Of a DNA stretch of 54,928 nucleotides, positions 48,854 to 54,928 are shown one piece after another. This DNA is from Clostridia bacterium. GTDB lineage: Bacteria > Bacillota > Sulfobacillia > SLMV01. Each line of letters opens with the position of its first letter. Positions within the stretch are counted from its first letter, which is position 1. The stretch lies in assembly GCA_003566675.1 (NCBI GenBank), contig PXCI01000070.1:1-54928 (forward strand), read 5' to 3'. The translations under genes and the position numbers were made by a program. Below the pieces are notes generated by a model that saw nothing but the letters and a program-made list of their open reading frames with translations, was not told the DNA's origin and ran no database searches.

Positions 48854-49399
48854 TTGCCTGGTGTAGATAGTGAGAGCGAGGAGACGAAGGTACGCCAACG
48901 GGGTGATAAGGTGGCCGAACGCAGCACCGATGTCATGAAATTTGTGCGTGAGTATGCGGCGTGGCTGGGGATAGCCGTCCCATTCGCCATCCACATGGGG
49001 CTGGCGGTGGGGAATCTGCGGCTCGGCCATCATGAAGTCGTCCCTGTGTTCGCCGATGTCAGCGGTGCGGATCTGATTGTCTTGCTCCGCACCTACGCGA
49101 CGCTGTTCGTCCGCCCGGAGACATGGTCGGTGATGGCCCGGCTGTACGCGCTGTGGACAGTAGTTTTCCTGGTCCTGTCCGTGTGCTGGGCCTTACGGGC
49201 GGAGACCAGCATCCTGTCCGGAGTGACCCTTTTTGCGGCCCATGGCCTGGCGGCGGTGCTCATCCTGGCCTTAATTACCCCCGCGTTGTGGGTGCTTCTG
49301 GCCGGATGGGGTCCGGGCGTCGTGGAGATGACACCTCCGTTGGTCCTGGGTTTCATCGGCGTGCTACTGACCGTTGGTGCTCGCAACGCGTCCGGGTAA
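48854..49399 (+). CDS. hypothetical integral membrane protein (about 4-5 TM helices)
   Basis: TTG start 7 nt after AGGAGG. The charged N-terminus is followed by hydrophobic helices (WLGIAVPFAIHMGLAV, LYALWTVVFLVLSVCWAL, LFAAHGLAAVLILALITPALWVLLAGW, LVLGFIGVLLTV). No family recognised. Confidence 0.5.
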   Translation: MPGVDSESEETKVRQRGDKVAERSTDVMKFVREYAAWLGIAVPFAIHMGLAVGNLRLGHHEVVPVFADVSGADLIVLLRTYATLFVRPETWSVMARLYALWTVVFLVLSVCWALRAETSILSGVTLFAAHGLAAVLILALITPALWVLLAGWGPGVVEMTPPLVLGFIGVLLTVGARNASG

Positions 49400-50250
49400 C
49401 CAGCAAGGGATACTATTGGCGCCACTAGCCTATCGAACACAAGATGCGGGGAGACTGGGACTACGCAGTGCGCTGATCTGCAATGGATGCACGACCTACA
49501 GGGCTTAGTCGTTGGTGACCGAGACAGTTCGGCGCCCATGCTCACCTATTCCCCGCTCTTATAAACGGGCCACGATAGCTGACTCGCCGGAACAAGCTAT
49601 CACCCGGTTTTTCGCCGTAGACCTTGTGAGCAGGGAGTCTGCCCGCAATCCCTCCTGGCTTAGTGTTTCCTCTCAGGGCTTCATCGTAACCTCAATTGAT
49701 GCCTGATGTATTACGGTGTCATTCCGTCGTGGCGCCTTCTTCTACCCAGCCCCCTGTATTAGATTGCCATGGTCTGTACGTCCATCTTGCCATTTACGTA
49801 GGCCTCTCGACATGCTGGACAATCCCATAACCATGTCTCCTCTTGGTCAAAGACAAGGGCACGCAATATGCCGTGTCCGTCATGGGTAAGTGGGTCTTGT
49901 TTTGTTTCTTTTGCCCATTCGGGGCCTACCCGCCCTCTGGGCCTCTGACAGGTTCAGAGGAGACATATGGTAGCACTGGATCAATGCTTACGCAGTCTGC
50001 CCTTGGGAAAGAATAAGGATACCGAAAGCTGCTGCGCGCCATAGGAAAAGTGATTCAGCAAGGTCGGGTGCCGGTTGTCTCCAGAGGCAGTAGGAGGATG
50101 AAACGCCGAGGGTATAGCAGATCAACGCGGCAGTGGCAGAGACTGGAATGCATGGCTGCTTACCGATGGGGGATGACGCAGCTGCCGGGTGCGGATCTCT
50201 ATGTAGTTACCCAATAAAAACAAGTACAAGCATCATTTACCACTTTATGC

Positions 50251-50280
50251 GCATAAATTCCCCCTCTATGAGCCATACTC
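50251..50280 (+). promoter_or_regulatory. candidate forespore-type (sigma-F/sigma-G) promoter upstream of sigG
   Basis: GCATA (50251-50255), 18 nt, then CATACTC (50274-50280). This resembles the GHATR - 18 - CATxxTA consensus, with the last position mismatched. It lies about 45 nt before the sigG start. Confidence 0.3.
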
Positions 50281-50326
50281 TTATCGCAGGCAGATGCGAC
50301 AGGGTTGACGTGAGGAGGAACGATCA

Positions 50327-51100
50327 GTGCGCAAGGTTGAAATCGCCGGAGTGAATACTTCAGAGCTTCCCGTTCTTGACAACCAGAAGATGAGGCAGCT
50401 CTTCCACGAAATGCAGGAGAAGAACGATGCAACGGCGCGGAAGGAGCTGATCCAGGGCAACCTCCGGCTGGTACTCAGTGTGATTCAGCGCTTCAACAAC
50501 CGCGGAGAGCCCGTGGACGATCTGTTCCAGGTGGGCTGCGTTGGTCTTATGAAGGCCATTGACAATTTTGATCTCAGCCAGAAAGTTCGCTTTTCCACCT
50601 ATGCAGTTCCCATGATCGTGGGAGAGATCCGTCGGTACCTTCGAGACAATAATCCCATACGGGTGAGCCGTTCTCTGAGAGATGTGGCCTACCGGGCTTT
50701 GCAGACCAAGGATTCCCTTGTACATAAGAATTCCCAGGAACCAACGATCGAGGAGATTGCCAAGCATCTGGCCATCGACCCAGAGGACATCGTCTACGCC
50801 CTGGATGCCATTCAGGACCCGATCTCTCTCTTTGAACCCGTCTACCAGGACGGCGGTGACCCCATTCACGTGATGGATCAGATCAGCGATGACACGCAGG
50901 ACATCGCCCATTGGATGGACGGGATGGCGGTGCGAGAGGCCATGATCAAGCTGGAGCCGAGGCAGCAGAAGATCATCCAGCTGCGGTTTTTCCGGGGCAA
51001 GACGCAGATGGAGGTTGCTGACGAGATTGGCATATCCCAGGCACAGGTGTCTCGTCTGGAGAAAGCCGCGCTGCAGCGGATGCAGGGGTTTATCAAATGA
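50327..51100 (+). CDS. sigG: RNA polymerase sporulation sigma factor SigG
   Basis: KVEIAGVNTSELPVL..., NLRLVLSVIQRFNNRGEPVDDLFQVGCVGLMKAIDNFD, FSTYAVPMIVGEIRRYLRDNNPIRVSRSLRD and GISQAQVSRLEK. This is near-identical in layout to B. subtilis SigG as I recall it. Confidence 0.96.
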   Translation: MRKVEIAGVNTSELPVLDNQKMRQLFHEMQEKNDATARKELIQGNLRLVLSVIQRFNNRGEPVDDLFQVGCVGLMKAIDNFDLSQKVRFSTYAVPMIVGEIRRYLRDNNPIRVSRSLRDVAYRALQTKDSLVHKNSQEPTIEEIAKHLAIDPEDIVYALDAIQDPISLFEPVYQDGGDPIHVMDQISDDTQDIAHWMDGMAVREAMIKLEPRQQKIIQLRFFRGKTQMEVADEIGISQAQVSRLEKAALQRMQGFIK

Positions 51101-51765
51101 TCGCCGGGAGGAGGGCAGCCGCAGTCACAGTTGCTGCAGCAGTTCTGCTTCTGGTCTTGGTGCCCGCAGAGGTCGACGCTGGTGAACTCCCTGGCCCTCT
51201 TTTGAGGTTACACGTGGTGGCCAACTCTGATGCAGCAGAGGATCAGGCCCTCAAGTACGAGGTTCGCGACCGGGTCCTGTATTACCTCAGGCCCCTTCTG
51301 GAGGGTGCAGGTGATTTCGTGGAGGCTCGCCGGATGGCTATCTCATACAAAGATGAGGTGGCTGAGGTGGCGCGGGGGGCTGTGCGAGACGCGGGATTTG
51401 ATAGCGGGGTCCAGGTTAGTCTGAGGTATACGAGATTCCCCGCCCGAACCTACGGTGCCGTCGAAGTAGCGGAGGGCTGGTACTGGGCTTTGACCGTTAC
51501 GATTGGGCGGGGAGAGGGAGAGAACTGGTGGTGTGTTCTTTTTCCTGTCCTGTGCATCGGACCCTCAGAAGAAGATGAAGCTCATCTAGAGCTCTCTTCG
51601 ATGACGGAAGGCCCCCGATTCCGCAGCGCCCTGTTCATGGTGCTGTCAGAGATGATCCGGAGAAGTGACGGCGAGCAATACAGCCGATCCGATGATGAGC
51701 CGCCTCCCGTGCAGAAGCAATCTGAACCTCCCCTGTTCTGGCACCCAGATATCCCCCTGCAGTAG
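51097..51765 (+). CDS. spoIIR: stage II sporulation protein R (SpoIIR)
   Basis: Signal/TM segment, LLRLHVVANSDAAEDQALKYEVRDRV and GEGENWWCVLFPVLC are the SpoIIR signatures. The ATG overlaps the sigG stop (ATGA). Confidence 0.88.
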   Translation: MIAGRRAAAVTVAAAVLLLVLVPAEVDAGELPGPLLRLHVVANSDAAEDQALKYEVRDRVLYYLRPLLEGAGDFVEARRMAISYKDEVAEVARGAVRDAGFDSGVQVSLRYTRFPARTYGAVEVAEGWYWALTVTIGRGEGENWWCVLFPVLCIGPSEEDEAHLELSSMTEGPRFRSALFMVLSEMIRRSDGEQYSRSDDEPPPVQKQSEPPLFWHPDIPLQ

Positions 51766-51902
51766 GCTTTGGGGCTCTCCCTTTCACCTCCTCGTTAGCA
51801 CAATTCCAATCGATTTTCCGCCCGGGGGGTAAAACGGGTCCTTACCTGCATAGCTTGTATCATGGGTTCCACCTCTGTTTCAGGCGGGAGGAGGATTTTC
51901 AC

Positions 51903-52169
51903 ATGATACGCATTTCTGATCTGGCATCCCTCGAGGTGATCAATCTTGAGGACGGCCGGGTCATGGGTCTGATTGACGACCTGGAGATCGATCTTGATCG
52001 GGGAAGGATCACCTCGGTGGTGATCCCCGCGCCGTCGGGTTTCTGGAGTTTTTTATCCGGGGGGCGTGAGCACGTCATTGGGTGGGAGAACATTGTCAAA
52101 ATTGGTGAAGAAGTCATCCTGATCCGGTACCGGGAAGGAGGAAGCGGGATAAAGAAGCGAGAAAGATGA
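51903..52169 (+). CDS. ylmC: YlmC/YmxH-family PRC-barrel sporulation protein
   Basis: MIRISDLASLEVINLEDGRVMGLIDDLEIDLDRGRITSVVIP is typical of YlmC/YmxH. GGGAGGAGG SD upstream. Confidence 0.85.
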   Translation: MIRISDLASLEVINLEDGRVMGLIDDLEIDLDRGRITSVVIPAPSGFWSFLSGGREHVIGWENIVKIGEEVILIRYREGGSGIKKRER

Positions 52170-52191
52170 AGGCTGAAGGGTCTGATATATC

Positions 52192-53025
52192 TTGCAGTGG
52201 ACAAAGGTAGTCAGAGAGGATATCCGGGGTGCCGATGGTCCCCTGGTGTACTGGAGCGTCACCGGGCATGATTTGAACCTCCACGCTATCTTCACCACCC
52301 GGGCCGGCGGTGTCAGTTCCGGTCCCTGGGGGGAGTTGAATCTCGGGTCGTCGGTGGGCGATGATCCAGCTTCCGTGATAGAGAACCGCCGTCGCCTGCT
52401 GTCGGCGCTGCCCGCGGGAGCACCGCACGCGGTGCAGACCGTCCACCAGGTCCATGGGACCCGGTGGATCGAGGTGGGGCGACCCATGGGCGAGCAGGTG
52501 TTGCAAAATTGGTGGCTCGGGCCGCGGGCGGATGCGATGATTGCAAGATCCCCCCGGGCTTTTCTGGCCATATCTGTGGCGGACTGCCTGCCCATATACA
52601 TCGTCGATCCCGGAACTCAGGCGGTGGGCCTGGGGCATGCCGGATGGCGAGGTCTGACCTCGGGTCTGATCGATCGCCTGCTCAGCGGCATGGCCGCGTC
52701 GTGGGGGACGCGCCCGGAGGGTTGCCTGGCTTTCCTGGGCCCGGCCATAGAGAGAAGGGCTTTTGAGGTGGACCGCCCGGTCCTGGATGCTCTCAGGGAC
52801 TGGTCGCCCTGGTGGCGGGAGGTCACCTATCCGGCCAGGGTGGGGCGAGCCAGGGTGGACCTCGTTGCGGCAGCCCGGAAGCATCTTGTGACCCGGGGTA
52901 TTCCAGGGGAGCAGATTCTCGATCCCCCCGGCGGTACCTTCTACTCTGCCCAATTCTACTCGCACCGTCGCGATGGGGGCGTCACCGGGCGGTGCTGTGC
53001 GCTTCTCTGGCTTGGGCGTTCATAA
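52192..53025 (+). CDS. pgeF: YlmD/YfiH/PgeF-family laccase-domain protein (purine nucleoside phosphorylase / peptidoglycan editing factor)
   Basis: QVHG, ADAMIA, VADCLPI and HAGWRG motifs in the canonical order. Confidence 0.85.
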   Translation: MQWTKVVREDIRGADGPLVYWSVTGHDLNLHAIFTTRAGGVSSGPWGELNLGSSVGDDPASVIENRRRLLSALPAGAPHAVQTVHQVHGTRWIEVGRPMGEQVLQNWWLGPRADAMIARSPRAFLAISVADCLPIYIVDPGTQAVGLGHAGWRGLTSGLIDRLLSGMAASWGTRPEGCLAFLGPAIERRAFEVDRPVLDALRDWSPWWREVTYPARVGRARVDLVAAARKHLVTRGIPGEQILDPPGGTFYSAQFYSHRRDGGVTGRCCALLWLGRS

Positions 53026-53089
53026 ACTCAAGGTCGGGGGAGGAGCTGGTCACCGTTTCATAGAAACTATATCTTTGTCGATGCTGTAA

Positions 53090-54319
53090 ATGGTTATGGG
53101 TTGGGGTGTCGGAAACGTGGCGGTGGGCAGGCGACGCAGGTTGCGGGCAATGGCCCGATGGTTGATCGTGTGCGCCCTAATCGTCGGTGTCCTCATCGTG
53201 GGACGGGGGAGGCTTCTCAGCCCCCTGGTTTCCACGGTCACGGCTGAGCCCGTCACTTACGAGGTGAAGGTAGGCTTTACCGCTTTCAGCCTCTACCGGG
53301 AAACCGTGCTGTTTGCTCCCCTGAGCGGGAAGATTACACCCCTGGTCGCAGACGGCAAATTGGTCGCGCGAAACGCCGCGGTTGTGAAACTGGAGAACCC
53401 CGACGCTGCTGAGGCCTACAAGGCGAGGCTCAACGACCTCCGTCTGGAAGCGGACGCCTGGCGAAGCGCCCACGAGGAGGAGCTGGCCGCCGCTTCAGAG
53501 AGGGCGGTGGTGGCGGGACAGTTGGCCTTTGATGCCGTGCTGGATTTCAAGCGCGGACAACCCTCGGACCCATTGGAAGGGGCCGCGCAGAGCTTCTACA
53601 CGGCCCGACGCGAGGTGGGGTCGCTTCAGCAGCAGTGGTGGAAGCGTTGGGAGCAGATCGAGGGACTGAGAATTCTGGCCGAGAGGATGGAGGACCGGAT
53701 CCGCGCTCCAGAGGCCGGGATTGCCAGGATCCTGATGGACGGGTTTGAGGGCATCATGGACTGGGATGTTCCTCTCACCGGGGAGCTCACGGAAGATCTT
53801 CTTCGCCGGGCCGAGGATGGTGTGCCGGTCTGGTATCCGGGGGGCGAGATCATCGCAGGCGCTCCCGCCGTGAGGATTCTGGATCCCATGGCGCTGGATG
53901 CCGTCTTGCTGGTGGCGCCGGAGGACGTCTCTTCTCTCGGCCTCCCCGGAACCGTCCGGGTTGCAGCAGAGGGAGTGGATCAGGCCGTCACTGCGCAGGT
54001 GACGGAGATCGGCCCTTACGGAGCGGATCACGTACTTGTACGGGTCCGCCTGGATCAGATATTGCCGTTTTTCTTCGAGAATCGGCTGTGGGAAGGGATG
54101 CTCACAGCGGCCGAGGTTTCGGGGCTGAGGATTCCCCCTTCGGCTCTCCTTTCACAGGGGGACGATGTGGGCGTTTTCACCCACCGCGCAGGCCGCTTTT
54201 TGTGGACGTCGGTTGAAGTATTGGTTGATGAGCAGGACCAGGCGATTGTCGTTGGGATTCCCGGGGGAGTCGAGGTGGTTGACAATCCCCGGCTCATCAA
54301 GATTTTCAGGTTGGAGTAG
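53090..54319 (+). CDS. HlyD-like membrane-fusion-type protein (N-terminal TM, split lipoyl-like hairpin, coiled coil, beta-barrel)
   Basis: TM helix WLIVCALIVGVLIV. FAPLSGKITPLVADGKLVARNAAVVKLE, then the coiled coil AYKARLNDLRLEADAWRS..., then IRAPEAGIARIL, barrel-like GTVRVAAEG..VTAQVTEIGP, and C-terminal LRIPPSALL. The family is assigned from this pattern only. Confidence 0.55.
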   Translation: MVMGWGVGNVAVGRRRRLRAMARWLIVCALIVGVLIVGRGRLLSPLVSTVTAEPVTYEVKVGFTAFSLYRETVLFAPLSGKITPLVADGKLVARNAAVVKLENPDAAEAYKARLNDLRLEADAWRSAHEEELAAASERAVVAGQLAFDAVLDFKRGQPSDPLEGAAQSFYTARREVGSLQQQWWKRWEQIEGLRILAERMEDRIRAPEAGIARILMDGFEGIMDWDVPLTGELTEDLLRRAEDGVPVWYPGGEIIAGAPAVRILDPMALDAVLLVAPEDVSSLGLPGTVRVAAEGVDQAVTAQVTEIGPYGADHVLVRVRLDQILPFFFENRLWEGMLTAAEVSGLRIPPSALLSQGDDVGVFTHRAGRFLWTSVEVLVDEQDQAIVVGIPGGVEVVDNPRLIKIFRLE

Positions 54320-54348
54320 AGAGGGGACTTGCCGTGTCGGAGGGATCC

Positions 54349-54928
54349 ATGAGTGACGCTGAATCTGCCCAGAGAGATCTGGCCAACAGATACGCAGAGG
54401 TCGTCGATGAGGTAAGACGAGCCTGCGAGAGGACAGGCCGCGACCCGGCAACCGTCCGAATCGTGACCGTCAGCAAGGGGCAACCCGTCTTCAGGATCAG
54501 CCAGGCCTTTCGGGCTGGCCTCCGGGTGTTCGGGGAGAGCCGCCCGCAGGAGTTTCGGGAGAAAAGGAGTTTCCTGGACGGTCTGGCTGAGATCGAGTGG
54601 CATTTCGTTGGTCGCTTGCAGGAGAATAAGGTCAGGCACCTGGTTGGTCTGTGCCAGCTGATCCATTCGGTGGACAGCTTCAGCCTCGCCCGGGCGATAT
54701 CCGCGCGAGCACAGCAGGTGGACGTGCAGGCCGGGGTGCTGCTCCAGGTCAATGTCAGCGGTGAGGCGAGCAAGGCCGGAGTTCGACCCAGTGAAGTTGT
54801 TGATCTGGCTGCCAGGATGGCAAAGATGAAGGGTCTTCAGCTCTCGGGCCTGATGACTCTCGCTCCCCATGGCGAACAGGAAGACAGCAGGTGGGTGTTT
54901 CGTCGGCTGGCCGAACTGGCCGGGGAGG
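54349..54928 (+). CDS. yggS: YggS/YlmE-family PLP homeostasis protein, 3' end outside the window
   Basis: It is not in the ORF track because it runs off the window. The translation contains VRIVTVSKGQP (PLP lysine), VFGESRPQE, EWHFVGRLQENK and LLQVNVSGE. The alternative start GTG 54334 is in the same frame. Confidence 0.85.
   Translation, partial: MSDAESAQRDLANRYAEVVDEVRRACERTGRDPATVRIVTVSKGQPVFRISQAFRAGLRVFGESRPQEFREKRSFLDGLAEIEWHFVGRLQENKVRHLVGLCQLIHSVDSFSLARAISARAQQVDVQAGVLLQVNVSGEASKAGVRPSEVVDLAARMAKMKGLQLSGLMTLAPHGEQEDSRWVFRRLAELAGE

Noticed and set aside
49460-49480. A GTGCG pentamer at 49468, considered as a possible 5' end of an ORF-less group II intron within the ORF-free tract.
   Set aside because: I could not find a domain V-like hairpin (GAGCCGTAT...ACGGTTC type) or other intron landmarks downstream. 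A pentamer alone is not meaningful.
50040-50200. On the minus strand, GCCACTG and CTGGAGACAACCGGC vaguely resemble the cobalamin riboswitch core and B12 box.
   Set aside because: The upstream GGGAA...GGTG...AATCC elements are absent. No gene lies downstream on that strand for it to regulate.
1-54928. A search by eye for tRNA/rRNA/tmRNA/RNase P signatures and for CRISPR-like regularly spaced repeats.
   Set aside because: No T-loop-type GGTTCGAATCC-like motifs in a tRNA context, no rRNA-like segments and no spaced repeat arrays were seen. A covariance-model scan would be needed for certainty.

Overview
This is a GC-rich chromosomal segment from an endospore-forming, Firmicute-like bacterium. 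It carries spoIIGA, sigE, sigG and spoIIR, plus an SLH-domain wall protein. Almost all genes are on the + strand, and many are joined by 1-8 nt start/stop overlaps. Gene order: partial acidic ORF, short FtsH paralog, cinA, thpR, recA, recX, long leader, rny, ymdB. Then a three-subunit 2-oxoacid:ferredoxin oxidoreductase coupled to an M19 dipeptidase and a PHP phosphoesterase. Then two small unknown ORFs, a fused ADP-forming acetyl-CoA synthetase, a small thioredoxin-like protein and a methyltransferase. Next comes a short mixed-strand block: SLH protein (-), SDR (+), streptothricin-acetyltransferase-like GNAT (-) and YkgJ-type Cys-cluster protein (-). Then miaB, a methyltransferase (-), mutS, mutL and miaA. 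A dcw cluster follows directly: mraZ, rsmH, ftsL, class B PBP, murE, murF, mraY, ftsW, murG, murB, murA, ftsQ, ftsZ. It lacks murD, murC, ddl and ftsA. After ftsZ there is a ~2.4 kb accessory insertion holding a decayed IS4-type transposase fragment, a frameshifted hepT and an intact mnt antitoxin gene. Then spoIIGA and sigE, a ~2.2 kb poorly coding insert, sigG overlapping spoIIR, ylmC, ylmD/pgeF, a HlyD-like protein, and the 5' part of ylmE/yggS. I saw no rRNA, tRNA or CRISPR array. The most unusual parts are the two insertions that break up the normally contiguous ftsZ-spoIIGA-sigE-sigG block, the sigG-spoIIR coupling, and the MraZ-box-like repeat array. I found no convincing complete novel multi-gene system. 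All family calls come from reading motifs by eye, not from database searches.
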